The position numbers were made by a program, and so were the translations under genes. This document shows, piece after piece, positions 50,993-61,150 of a DNA stretch of 64,000 bases. The stretch is taken from positions 64,001 through 128,000 of the forward strand of contig CAWHXY010000008.1 in assembly GCA_963833575.1 (NCBI GenBank), read 5' to 3'. Each line of letters starts with the position of its first letter. Positions within the stretch are counted from its first letter, which is position 1. The DNA comes from Candidatus Bathyarchaeota archaeon (GTDB lineage Archaea; Thermoproteota; Bathyarchaeia; Bathyarchaeales; Bathycorpusculaceae). The notes under the pieces are model-generated. The model was not told where the DNA came from and made no database searches. It saw only the letters and a list, made by a program, of their open reading frames with translations.

Positions 50993-51562
50993 TTATTTTG
51001 TGCCTTGCCTTTTTTCAAGATAACTTTTGCGTGCGGCATAGACATAGTCGCAAAATGACATATCCGTCATTACCCATTTTGATAGGGGCCACTCATATTC
51101 TGGCAATTCGATATTGGTGCTTATTTTTGTATGAAGATTTTTCATGAGATTAATTTCAAAGCGGCTTGCTCCAAAACCAAAAATCTTGTGTATTATGTCT
51201 GAAAATTCATCGATTTGTTTAGGAATTTCCTTTTTTGGAATGTTAAAGCTGTTTTCTAATTGGAAGTATACTGTATTTTTTACTGGTTCTCCCAATAATG
51301 ATAATGTTTCGTCAACTGCCTCACTTAAGAGTTCATCAAACTTTGTTCGTGCCGTATTGCTAATTTGAGCGCATGTTTTGCTATCGACATTATTCGTTTT
51401 TTCAGTTTTCTCGGAGTCAAACAATCCTAAATCTAACAAATCCGATTCATCAATGGAGAGTGAGCTTGTTTCTAACGAACAATTAATGCTTTTTGAATTT
51501 GAAAAATCATTTTGGGTTTGACCCTGATTTTCGTTTTTTCCATACACTGTTAGTTTCGGCAT
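50993..51562 (-). CDS. DUF3227/NitrOD5-like protein with disordered N-terminus
   Basis: FDELLSEAVDETLSLLGEPVKNTVYFQL...IIHKIFGFGASRFE; close paralogue of 47252. Confidence 0.72.
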   Translation of the reverse strand: MPKLTVYGKNENQGQTQNDFSNSKSINCSLETSSLSIDESDLLDLGLFDSEKTEKTNNVDSKTCAQISNTARTKFDELLSEAVDETLSLLGEPVKNTVYFQLENSFNIPKKEIPKQIDEFSDIIHKIFGFGASRFEINLMKNLHTKISTNIELPEYEWPLSKWVMTDMSFCDYVYAARKSYLEKRQGTK

Positions 51563-51886
51563 ACTCTCTTCCCTTAATTTACCTTGATCTCTTTTTTCTA
51601 AGCGCTTGAGTTGTTATGCTTACTATTGTGGTAGATAGAAAATACTTGTGTCTTATATATAAAGATTTAAGATACATATTTTAGATGAAGATTAGCCATA
51701 CACGTCGACAAAATTTGTTTTTTAGAATTTTTTTACTGTCTCCCAGAATGCCTTTAATGATGTATGGTTAACCGACGTATGAGTCCCAAATAGCCCTTTT
51801 AGAATTAACAAAACAAATCAAAACCCCCTAATCAATACCATGCATCTTAATAACTCGAAAACAAACAAAATGACGAGGTACAAGCC

Positions 51887-52714
51887 TTGCTAGACATGAT
51901 AACCCTTCTTCTAATTTCTATAGCAGTTGGATTACTTGGCTCCCTTACTGGTCTCGGAGGCGCAAGTATCCTAACCCCCATTTTGGTTTTGCTTGGCATC
52001 CCCATCAAGGAGGCTGTCGCATGCGGAATGGTTGCAATCATTGCTACATCAAGCGGATCAGCCGCATCATTTGTCAGAGAAAGAATTACAAACATCAAAC
52101 TGGCGATGTACCTTGAAATGTTTACCATTATCGGTGCAATTGCCGGCGCAACAATCACCCTAATAATAGCGCCAGTTTTCCTTTATTTCTTATTTGCAGC
52201 CTTCCTGCTTACCTCTTTCGTTAAAGTAAGAAGTTCGTTTAAAGCTTATACTATTCCTGAAAAACAAGACAGAGTTTCAAAATGGCTTGGTCTTGAAGGA
52301 AGTTACTATGATGAATCCACAAAACAAGTAATCAAGTATAGATGCACGAACTCGATTCTGGGGGGCTTAGGCATGTTTGTTGCTGGGCTTGCTGCGGGGA
52401 TGCTTGGAATAGGCGCTGGAGCATTCAAAGTAATTGTGCATGAGAAAGTTCTAAAAATGCCTGCCAAAGTATCAAGCGCCACGAGCAGCTTCATTATAGG
52501 CATGACTGCACTGGCTGGCGTGAGTGTTTACCTTTTTTCGGGTCTTCTCAATGTGACTTTAATGGCGCCGATGGCTGTTGGTGTAACAGTTGGCGCTGTG
52601 GTCGGCGGAAGAGTTCTGAATAAAATTCGTGATCGGAACCTCAAGATACTTTTCCTTGTAATCGTCACGTTGCTGATTATTCAGATGCTCTACAAAGGAG
52701 TGACAGCTCTATGA
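51887..52714 (+). CDS. Sulfite exporter TauE/SafE family protein
   Basis: GSLTGLGGASILTP, GMLGIGAG, KVSSATS. Confidence 0.92.
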   Translation: MLDMITLLLISIAVGLLGSLTGLGGASILTPILVLLGIPIKEAVACGMVAIIATSSGSAASFVRERITNIKLAMYLEMFTIIGAIAGATITLIIAPVFLYFLFAAFLLTSFVKVRSSFKAYTIPEKQDRVSKWLGLEGSYYDESTKQVIKYRCTNSILGGLGMFVAGLAAGMLGIGAGAFKVIVHEKVLKMPAKVSSATSSFIIGMTALAGVSVYLFSGLLNVTLMAPMAVGVTVGAVVGGRVLNKIRDRNLKILFLVIVTLLIIQMLYKGVTAL

Positions 52715-53103
52715 ATTCTCCCGGCTTAGGTAGTGGCGAGTCAAAACTGGAAACCATCATAAGCTACATACTCGCAATAGGTGTTGTCGTCAGCGTATTA
52801 TTCGAGGTCATTGGCATAACGCTTTACTACGGCTCCTTTGGAAACCTGAGGATTTCACAAGACAAAAGCGTTTTTATTAGCGGACAAAACTTTTTCGCTT
52901 TTATAATTGACCAAACGCAACACTTGTTCGGAGTACAAAACGCTCTTCTCTTCATAACGCTGGGACTTATTATCTTGATTTTGACACCTTATATCCGAGC
53001 ATTAACTTCAGCCATCTTTTTTGCATCGGAAAAACACTACAAATACTTCTTGATAACACTCTTCGTAATTATGGTCCTGACATTGAGTTTGGCATTACAT
53101 TAG
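52711..53103 (+). CDS. DUF1634-family membrane protein
   Basis: LE..IS..L..GV..S and GLIILILTPYIR; typical TauE partner, overlapping start/stop. Confidence 0.85.
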   Translation: MNSPGLGSGESKLETIISYILAIGVVVSVLFEVIGITLYYGSFGNLRISQDKSVFISGQNFFAFIIDQTQHLFGVQNALLFITLGLIILILTPYIRALTSAIFFASEKHYKYFLITLFVIMVLTLSLALH

Positions 53104-53198
53104 TTAATTTGAATTATTGTATGATCTGTGCTGAAACACAAATCAATAGACGCTTAACTCTATATTACCCTTCAACAATAATTGAAAGTTGAAGCATT

Positions 53199-53822
53199 AT
53201 GGCTGAAGAAAAAGAGCGTGCTACTCCGAAGTCTCGCATTGAATCGCTTTCAGACTTAATTTTTGGCTTAGTGCTTTCCATAGGTGCCTTGACCTTAATA
53301 GGGCAGCCACCAAGCGATTTTCCGCAACTCATTTTAGACATATTATATTTTGCTTTCAGCTTTTTGATTCTAATCAGCGTTTGGTACTCATACACACGCA
53401 CTATGTCTCAACTGCGCATTGAAACGCCAATGATGGTTAACCTAAATATTTTGTTGTTGTTTTTCGTTTCTGTTGAACCTTTTCTTTTCAACGAATTGCA
53501 TTCTACCTTTGAAGAGAATGTTTCTATTGTTTATGCTTTCGACTTGGGCGGATTATTCATTATTCAGGCTTTGCTTGCCAACTCTGTCCTCACAGATAAA
53601 AACACCATTAGATCCGACAGAATACTTCAAAGTTATACAATTCGGAGAAATACACTTTTGCTGGGTGCTGCGCTTTTCTTTATTTCAGCGTTACCATTTT
53701 TCTGGTCCTGGGCTATAACGATAAACGACACTTTGACTATTCCTTTAAGAATCATACTTTGGCTAATCACGCTTTTCACCCCAACTATTAGACGTTTATG
53801 GGAAAAAAGGCTCAAAAACTAA
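53199..53822 (+). CDS. TMEM175-family potassium channel
   Basis: RIESLSDLIFGLVLSI (RxxxFSD-type motif), six TMs. Confidence 0.85.
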   Translation: MAEEKERATPKSRIESLSDLIFGLVLSIGALTLIGQPPSDFPQLILDILYFAFSFLILISVWYSYTRTMSQLRIETPMMVNLNILLLFFVSVEPFLFNELHSTFEENVSIVYAFDLGGLFIIQALLANSVLTDKNTIRSDRILQSYTIRRNTLLLGAALFFISALPFFWSWAITINDTLTIPLRIILWLITLFTPTIRRLWEKRLKN

Positions 53823-54016
53823 TAAAGTGGATGTTAAGACCTGAGAATTTGTTGCTCAATATTTTGGATTCATAATTGCTTTATTTTGCTTTTGTCTTTA
53901 GTTGATTTCAGCTTTGAACCCATTATTGACAACGAAGAAAAGGAGCGCGAAATACCAAAAAAATAGTTGAAGTCTGTCATCCTTAAATTGTTGACAACGT
54001 ACCAAGGGAAAAATGA

Positions 54017-56227
54017 ATGAACAAAGACACCATGAATGAAAATCGGAAAGAAGAAAACAAGGGTGGCAAGCTTCACGAGATAATTGACAGCCTCGGCGAT
54101 ATCTTATTTATCATGGATAAAAACCGGATAATCATAGATGTCAATAAAAGCGCTTGTGATTTATTCAAGAAAAAACCCGAAGAATTGATTGGTAAGCATT
54201 GTTACGAGGTAGTTCACCAAGCTAATTGTCCTTGGCCTAATTGTCCAGCAACGAAAACTTTTGAAACCAAACAAATAATCACCGAAGAAGTAAATGATCC
54301 AAATTTAGGAATTCCATTATTGGTTACAACCTCTCCAATCCTGAATGAACAAGGCAACGTCTCCCAGGTTATTCATATTGCTAAAGATATTTCTTCAATT
54401 AAACTAGCGGAAACAGATCTGCATATTGCCGCGATCCTATTTGACGCTGTATCCGACTCAATACTAGTTCATGATTTGGATGGAAAAATAGTTTATTTCA
54501 ATGAAGCGGCTTACAAGACAAGAGGTTTCACAAAAAATGAATTTCAAACGTTATCTATCCAAGACTTAGAAGTGCCTGATAATCCTAGATTTTTTGGAGA
54601 CAGAATGAAAAATCTTTTTGAGAAAGGTGATGTCACCTTTGAAGCTGTAAACCTTCGGAAAGATAAGAAAGTCATCCCGGTTGAGATCCATGCGCGAGTA
54701 TTTGATTCAGACAACCGAAAACTGATTCTAAGCGTAGCTAGAGACATTTCAGAAAGGAAAGCAATTGAAGAAGAACTATTTGAAAATCATGCAAAATATA
54801 AAACTACGTTCGAGTCATCAATGGATGCATTGATGCTACTTGATGAAAACTCTTTTTTAGACTGCAACTCTATGGCTCTTAGTCTTTTTGGCTTCTCTTT
54901 AGTGGACGAGTTTACAAAAAATCACCCCGCCGATTTGTCCCCTGACTTTCAGCCTGATGGTACATCCTCTCGTGAATCTGCAATTTCTCATATTAACAAA
55001 GCGCTTCAAGATGGCAAAGACAGTTATTTTTGGGTTCATAAGCGGAAGGATGGTACTCTTTTTCAAGCTGATGTGCTCCTTTCGCGAGTCTTTTTGAAAC
55101 ACAGGAACATAGTGCAGGCTACTGTGCGGGATGTAACGCAGCAAAGAGAGGCAGAGGAACAACTTAAGCTGGCAGAAGAAAAATACAGAACTTTGCTTAA
55201 TACAGCTAATGTTATTGTTCAATCTGTCAATGCAGATAGTAAGTATATTTTTGTTAACGAAGAATGGAAAAAAGCATTAGGCTACTCTGAAACGGACCTA
55301 AAAGATATTACTATGGCGAATGTAGTCAGAAAAGATCACCTTCAATATTGTATGGACGTTTTTAAGCAAATACGGAATGGAGCCTGTATTCATGATGTTG
55401 AGACCGTTTTTGTTGCTAAAGATGGACGCGAGATTACTGTAAGCGGAAATGCCTGCCCAATTCTAAAGGATGGAAAATTTATTTCTACCGTATCATTCTT
55501 TGTCGACATTACTGAACGCAAAAAAGATGAAGAAAAACTCAGAGAAAACAGCCGCAGAATAGAAATGATGAATGAAAAGTTACGCGTTGTAGGTAGCTTG
55601 ACTAGGCATGATGTTCGAAACAAACTCGGCGCTATAACTGGCTATTCTTACATTCTTAAGAAAAGACACGCGGATCAAGCTGACATGGTGGACTATCTTG
55701 ACAAAATGGTGCAAGCTGTTAACTCTTCGGTCAAGATTTTTGATTTTGCGAAAATGTACGAGCAACTCGGGGTAGAGAAACTGAGTTTAATTGATGTCAA
55801 AAAAGCTGTAGATCAAGCGGAGGAGCTTTTTTCTGAGCCTCTTAAGTTCAAAGTGATCAATGAATGCAGTGGTTTGAAGTTGTTTGCGGATTCGTTCTTA
55901 AGACAAATGTTCTACAACCTACTGGATAATACAAGGAAATATGGCGAAAAAGCCACAACGGTAAGAGTACACTGTGAAAGCGTTGATGAAGGCGTCATGA
56001 AATTGATTTATGAAGATGACGGTGTTGGCATTTCTAATGAAAATAAAATGCGTCTTTTCAAAGAAGGCTTTAGCACGGGCGGAAGTACCGGATTTGGTTT
56101 GTTCTTAATTAAGAAGATGATGGAAGTTTATGGCTGGACTATTGAAGAAAATGGTGAATTGGGTAAAGGGGTAAGATTCCAAATAACCATTCCGAACCTT
56201 AACTCAAACAAAAAAGTAAGTTACTAA
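54017..56227 (+). CDS. Cytoplasmic multi-PAS sensor histidine kinase
   Basis: Four PAS domains (the first with CYEVVH...CPWPNCP), H-box TRHDVRNKL, NLLDN, EDDGVGI, TGFGLFL. Confidence 0.93.
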   Translation: MNKDTMNENRKEENKGGKLHEIIDSLGDILFIMDKNRIIIDVNKSACDLFKKKPEELIGKHCYEVVHQANCPWPNCPATKTFETKQIITEEVNDPNLGIPLLVTTSPILNEQGNVSQVIHIAKDISSIKLAETDLHIAAILFDAVSDSILVHDLDGKIVYFNEAAYKTRGFTKNEFQTLSIQDLEVPDNPRFFGDRMKNLFEKGDVTFEAVNLRKDKKVIPVEIHARVFDSDNRKLILSVARDISERKAIEEELFENHAKYKTTFESSMDALMLLDENSFLDCNSMALSLFGFSLVDEFTKNHPADLSPDFQPDGTSSRESAISHINKALQDGKDSYFWVHKRKDGTLFQADVLLSRVFLKHRNIVQATVRDVTQQREAEEQLKLAEEKYRTLLNTANVIVQSVNADSKYIFVNEEWKKALGYSETDLKDITMANVVRKDHLQYCMDVFKQIRNGACIHDVETVFVAKDGREITVSGNACPILKDGKFISTVSFFVDITERKKDEEKLRENSRRIEMMNEKLRVVGSLTRHDVRNKLGAITGYSYILKKRHADQADMVDYLDKMVQAVNSSVKIFDFAKMYEQLGVEKLSLIDVKKAVDQAEELFSEPLKFKVINECSGLKLFADSFLRQMFYNLLDNTRKYGEKATTVRVHCESVDEGVMKLIYEDDGVGISNENKMRLFKEGFSTGGSTGFGLFLIKKMMEVYGWTIEENGELGKGVRFQITIPNLNSNKKVSY

Positions 56228-56482
56228 GCTGAAAAAAAAGGGTCAAGTTACACATAATCGAGTTTTCAGACAAGAAACTCGTCATATCAAAGCGTGAGTT
56301 GAACTGAGTTCTTAATTAATGCTCGCTCAGGGACAAAGATCTCAACTTTTTCTTTCTCTTGTCGTTTTTTGCTTTCAACGAGATCGGTTGCTACACAATT
56401 TGGTAAAGTGCACATGCTTTCCATTTTGAAAACTCTATCTATTAGATTTTATGAATTACGAATCCACTTTAAAGCTGTCAAA

Positions 56483-57352
56483 CTAAGCAATTTTTTTGCT
56501 GATGTTATTTTGATTTCTATTTGCAGCATGCAAGACATGCCCGCCTTTCTCTGGAACGGAGGCGGCAAAATCTGGAATGAAACGTGCAAACATCTGCATT
56601 GGTCCCTCATCTTCGATTTCATCAAAACCCATTGTCATTAATTGGGCAACAAGTTTGTCTGTTTCAAAGTAGGTAACGAAAGCTTCGCCCACTTTGGATA
56701 CATGTGCGGCTCGTCTCTCATGAGCGACACGCATTTTAGGCGAGAACGAAGTTGGCGGATTGCTGTAGTCGAACACTACATGTGCTCCGTTGGGTAAACT
56801 AGCAATGAAATCGAGGGTCGACCATATAGCCGGCTCCGTTAGGTATGGTACGACTCCAAGCCAAGTGAAGAACGTCTGTTGCTCAAGATCAAATTCCGAG
56901 GCTTTCAGCTTCTCTGCTATGGTCTCGCGTTCGAAATCAACTGGAACAAAAAACAGTGAATCAGGTAACTTGATTGCCGCTTCTGTGAGAAGCTGGCGTT
57001 TCCAGACCTGCGTTGCCGAATGATCCACTTCAAAGATGCGTAAGCGGTCGCCAAACGGATTGCGGTAGGCATAGGTATCTAGTCCCGCGCCGAGTACCAC
57101 AAGTTGACGAACACCGTGTTTCACGGCGACGGCCAGAGCATCCTCGGCGAACCTTGTCCTCATTGCAATGAAGAGGCGCATCCGTTTTCTAGACCGATTT
57201 AGTTCAGCCTCGTGAACCAAACATTTGGCGTCTTTACCGAGAATGCGAAGAGCGAGTGGATCGGCAAATATGCATCCGTTCTCCAAGATTTGATGAGCGG
57301 CACGGTGGGCGGCCGCCGCTAGAGCCGTCCGGCTTGGTAGCCCCGATTCCAT
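56483..57352 (-). CDS. Class I SAM-dependent methyltransferase (LCM/TIGR00027-like)
   Basis: SRTALAAAAHRA, RTRFAED, QLVVLGAGLDT, FEVDH, WLGVVPYL. Confidence 0.9.
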   Translation of the reverse strand: MESGLPSRTALAAAAHRAAHQILENGCIFADPLALRILGKDAKCLVHEAELNRSRKRMRLFIAMRTRFAEDALAVAVKHGVRQLVVLGAGLDTYAYRNPFGDRLRIFEVDHSATQVWKRQLLTEAAIKLPDSLFFVPVDFERETIAEKLKASEFDLEQQTFFTWLGVVPYLTEPAIWSTLDFIASLPNGAHVVFDYSNPPTSFSPKMRVAHERRAAHVSKVGEAFVTYFETDKLVAQLMTMGFDEIEDEGPMQMFARFIPDFAASVPEKGGHVLHAANRNQNNISKKIA

Positions 57353-57536
57353 CAATTTATGTTTATCCAAATGCAATATTACAGTTCCCCAAATGCAATT
57401 TGCCGTTTTGAAAATCTGAAATCCTCATGCAGATTGTCTTCGGTAATGGCATGCGTAATGTATAACAAAGCAAAAAATTAAATTTAATGCTCAATCTGAA
57501 GAAAAAAACCTGAAAAAATACCTTTGTGCAGATAAT

Positions 57537-57614
57537 TGGCGGGCCCGACGGGAATTGAACCCGCGACCTACGGATTAAGAGTCCGCCGCTCTAGCCTGAC
57601 TGAGCCACGGGCCC
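57537..57614 (-). tRNA. tRNA-Lys (CTT), CCA encoded, no intron
   Basis: GGGCCCG acceptor stem, anticodon arm GCGGA-CT-CTT-AA-TCCGT, T arm GCGGGTTCAATTCCCGT, 3' GCCA. Confidence 0.97.
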
Positions 57615-57724
57615 GCATGGCTTCGCTTTTGAAAAAGGTTTCATTGAATAATATAGAGCTTACGGTTTGCTGTTGCAGCTTGATGCAATGAAAAACTAAT
57701 AACGGTGTAGCGCTTTAATCTTTA

Positions 57725-58663
57725 ATGGAGATTTTTGTGGCAAATTCTTTGGGCGAAGTTTTTGTTTTAAAAACTACTGACCGAGCTGCTGGCGTTCCTT
57801 CGATAGTTAGTAAGTTGGGCTTAGATGATTATTCTCGGAAGACGGTTGCTTTGAAGGCTAATTTTAACAGTGCAGACCCCTTTCCCGCCTCAACTCATAT
57901 AGATACATTAAGAGCCCTTGTTGGAACCCTGAAAAAAGCTGGGGCAGGCGAAATAACTTTAGCTGAACGAAGCGGCATGGGGGAGACTGAACAAGTTTTG
58001 AATGAAATGGGCGTTTTTGCGCTGTCAAAGGAATTGAGATTTAATGCAGTTGTCCTAGATGACGTTGGCCAAGAAGATTGGCTTAAAGTTGAGCGGAAAG
58101 GTACTCATTGGATTAAAGGATTCTACATGGCCAAAGTATTTCACGATGCTGACAAAGTTGTTCAAACTTGCTGCTTAAAGACACACAGGTTCGGCGGGCA
58201 CTTCACCCTTTCACTTAAAAACTCTGTTGGCTTAGTGGCAAAGAAGGTTCCAAATGGACTGTACGATTACATGTGGGAACTGCATAGTTCTCCTAATCAG
58301 CGTCGAATGATTGCGGAAATAAACAACAATTACAATGTGGATTTTGTTTTGATGGACGGCATAAAAGCCTTCGTAACTGGGGGACCAGACAAGGGCACAT
58401 TAGTTGAGCCTAACCTTTTGCTAGCAAGCCGTGACCGAGTAGCCATAGACGCGGTTGGAGTAGCAATTCTTAAAATGCATGGAGCCAAAGGAAAAATCGG
58501 CGAAGCAGACGTTTTTGAGCAAGATCAACTCAAAAGGGCGGCTGAGCTGGGGTTCGGAGTAAAATCCGCCGATGAAATAAAATTGATATCTTTAAATGAT
58601 GAAAACCGAGTTGAAACAGAGCAAATCGAGCGGGTTCTCAAAGCAGAGGATTCTAAACATTAA
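57725..58663 (+). CDS. DUF362 domain protein
   Basis: VALKANFN, TLAERSG, LKTHRFGGHFTLSLKNSVG, DRVAIDAVG. Confidence 0.88.
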   Translation: MEIFVANSLGEVFVLKTTDRAAGVPSIVSKLGLDDYSRKTVALKANFNSADPFPASTHIDTLRALVGTLKKAGAGEITLAERSGMGETEQVLNEMGVFALSKELRFNAVVLDDVGQEDWLKVERKGTHWIKGFYMAKVFHDADKVVQTCCLKTHRFGGHFTLSLKNSVGLVAKKVPNGLYDYMWELHSSPNQRRMIAEINNNYNVDFVLMDGIKAFVTGGPDKGTLVEPNLLLASRDRVAIDAVGVAILKMHGAKGKIGEADVFEQDQLKRAAELGFGVKSADEIKLISLNDENRVETEQIERVLKAEDSKH

Positions 58664-59318
58664 GTATGTCCGGTTTATCGCTTGCTATACCGTCTACACC
58701 TTTCTTAGCATATTCTTTGACACCTTCAGGCTTGTTTATTGTCCAAACCACCACTTTTAAGCCGTTTTCATGTGCTTTCTCAACATTACCTGTATGCGTG
58801 AACCTGTAGAGAGGCAAAAGATAGTTAGCTTTCAACTCTAAAGCAGCTCTAACTGGGTTTTTGTGAGTGGCATAAATTAATCCCGTCTCAACATTTGCGT
58901 TTAGTTCTCTGATTTTTTTGAGTGCTTCCTCAAGAAAAGAAGTTATTACAACATTTTTCTCTAAACCTTTCTCTTTGACTATAGAGAGCACTTGATCTTC
59001 AAAGCCAGTTTCCTTCAACTCAACAAACACCTTTACTTTCTTATCTAGAAAATCCAGCACTTCCTCTAAAGTTGGAATCTTCTCGCCACTGCCAGCATCA
59101 AAACCTTTGATTTCCTCAAGAGTAAAAGCACTTACCAAGCCCTCGCAGTTAGTGGTCCGCTTAACATCAGCATCATGGATGACAACAAGATGATTGTCCT
59201 TAGTTTTTCTAACCTCTAGCTCGACTGCGTCTACACCGATTTCTAACGCTTTCTTAAAACTTGAAAGCGTATTCTCGGGCGCATGAGCTCTAGCGCCTCG
59301 GTGACCAATACGTAACAT
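58653..59318 (-). CDS. Glycerophosphodiester phosphodiesterase
   Basis: GHRGA..APENTL, VVIHD..V.RTT, IPTLEE, ELK, WTIN. Confidence 0.93.
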   Translation of the reverse strand: MLRIGHRGARAHAPENTLSSFKKALEIGVDAVELEVRKTKDNHLVVIHDADVKRTTNCEGLVSAFTLEEIKGFDAGSGEKIPTLEEVLDFLDKKVKVFVELKETGFEDQVLSIVKEKGLEKNVVITSFLEEALKKIRELNANVETGLIYATHKNPVRAALELKANYLLPLYRFTHTGNVEKAHENGLKVVVWTINKPEGVKEYAKKGVDGIASDKPDILNV

Positions 59319-59346
59319 AATAACAGGTATTCAAAGAGCCAATAAT

Positions 59347-59871
59347 ATGTTTTGTAAAACTCTTCGTGATCAAATGCTTATATATTGTTCGTACCTCACT
59401 CAAAAGTCGAGTGTGCCACTGATGTCTTCTAACGAAAAAATCTCTCTAAACCCAATAGGTTATGTAAAGACCGAAGCTATTGGCGATGAAATCAAAGATA
59501 AATCTAGAATATCCCAGATTGTCATTAACAAAGAATTAGTTCAAGCCCTAGAGGGCATAAGTGAGTTTTCGCATCTTTTCGTGATATTTTTTATGAGCCA
59601 TGTCCCAGAAGATAAGCGAATAATTCTCAAGGTTCATCCAAGGGGCAGGATGGATATGCCTTTGTTAGGAGTTTTTGCCACGAGAACCAACATGCGCCCG
59701 AACCCAATAGGTTTGACTTTGGTGGAATTGTTAAAAGTGGAAAACAATACTTTGACTGTTCGTGGTCTCGACGCCTTCAACGGCACAGCTATCTTGGACA
59801 TTAAACCCTATGACTCATGGGATACAGTTGAGAAAACAAGAGTTCCTGGCTGGTGGCTTAAGCTAAATTAG
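59347..59871 (+). CDS. trmO: tRNA m6t6A37 methyltransferase TrmO/TsaA
   Basis: PIGYV, GVFATR...RPNPIGL, GLDAFNGT.ILDIKPY; true start probably MSSNEK. Confidence 0.9.
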   Translation: MFCKTLRDQMLIYCSYLTQKSSVPLMSSNEKISLNPIGYVKTEAIGDEIKDKSRISQIVINKELVQALEGISEFSHLFVIFFMSHVPEDKRIILKVHPRGRMDMPLLGVFATRTNMRPNPIGLTLVELLKVENNTLTVRGLDAFNGTAILDIKPYDSWDTVEKTRVPGWWLKLN

Positions 59872-59885
59872 AAAGAGTGACGAAT

Positions 59886-60386
59886 TCACATTAACTCTTT
59901 GAATCGATATTCGGTGTCGAGCACGTTTAAAAGTTCTGTTTTAAGCTCCTCACCTTTGACGCCAGAAGCCTTAACGCTCTCAAATTCTTCAGCAAGCTCT
60001 GTCTCTTTGCAAACGCCTTTCAGCCAAGCTTCAAAATCGCCTCGGAGAAGATGAAATTCAAGAGAATCTACGCTGATCTGTTTGATAATTTTGTAAAAAT
60101 CTCCAAGTGAATTCGCAGTTAAACCAGCAGGTTGATCAATGCCGTAATAAAAGCGAAAACCCATTTCATCCGACACCTTCGTGAACGCTTTAAGTGCTGC
60201 TTTTCCTTTGTCAGTTATGCCAAAACCGTTTCCAATTTTTTGCAGAAACCCCTCTTTTGCTAATTCTTGAATTTGCTGAATTGTTTGGGCAGGGCTCAAA
60301 TTTATCTTCTTAGCGAACATGTTAATGTCCATGCGGTTTTTGGCTTCACTCATCGTTTTTAAAACTTTAAATTCTTCTTCATTCAA
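59886..60386 (-). CDS. wHTH + DUF5752-like domain protein
   Basis: N-terminal winged helix (ITDKGK); FRFY...ANSL.DF...SLEFHL.RGDFEAWL. Confidence 0.75.
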   Translation of the reverse strand: MNEEEFKVLKTMSEAKNRMDINMFAKKINLSPAQTIQQIQELAKEGFLQKIGNGFGITDKGKAALKAFTKVSDEMGFRFYYGIDQPAGLTANSLGDFYKIIKQISVDSLEFHLLRGDFEAWLKGVCKETELAEEFESVKASGVKGEELKTELLNVLDTEYRFKELM

Positions 60387-60651
60387 ACGGACATCCCTAC
60401 CTTCACTATTTCATTCACACCTAATACTGACAAACGGAAATTTAAATCTCTTAACAAGATCCTTTAAACATTAACGTCGGAACATTCCAACTTCACATCT
60501 TTTACAATTTCACCCGAACTATAATGATGCAAGGACAAATTTCCAATCCAAGATTTCAGGTCAATTCATAGATTAGACCCCTAATGTTACTGGAAAATGA
60601 CTAAAATATTTATAATTGATAAAAAAATAAACAACAATCCAGTGAGCACAC

Positions 60652-61008
60652 TTGAAGAACAATTACATAATTATTTTAGTGACCTGCAAGGATAAGTTGG
60701 AAGCAGAAAAAATAACCCAGTCACTTTTGGAGCAACGTTTGATTGCGTGTGGAAACATCGTTAGTCCTGTCACTTCATTTTTTCACTGGCACGGCAGAAT
60801 TGACATAGCCGAAGAATGCCTGATTGTTATGAAATCACGTCTGGATCTTTTTGAGCAAATTGCTGAACAAGTAAAGAGCTTGCATAGTTATGATGTTCCG
60901 GAGATTCTGGCTCTTCCAATTGTTGAAGGATCGAAAATTTACATAGATTGGATGAACGACGTGCTTAAACCCATTGAAGTCAAGCGTCAAGCAAAACGTT
61001 CATTGTAA
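60652..61008 (+). CDS. cutA: Divalent-cation tolerance protein CutA
   Basis: LIACGNI...SFFHWHG.I..AEE...HSYDVPEI. Confidence 0.93.
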   Translation: MKNNYIIILVTCKDKLEAEKITQSLLEQRLIACGNIVSPVTSFFHWHGRIDIAEECLIVMKSRLDLFEQIAEQVKSLHSYDVPEILALPIVEGSKIYIDWMNDVLKPIEVKRQAKRSL

Positions 61009-61150
61009 CCAAAAGAAAAATTGGATCTCAAAAATAATCTGGCGGTACCTGCTTCTTTAAAAAAGATCTTTCGCCTCAATTACTCAATTTCCATTTAATA
61101 GACCGAAGCAAGTTTTGAATGTACGTTTTTGTACTGATAAGCCTTAAATA

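Noticed and set aside
57537-57614. tRNA-anchored integrated element with att repeat
   Set aside because: No second copy of the tRNA 3' end or integrase seen in the window
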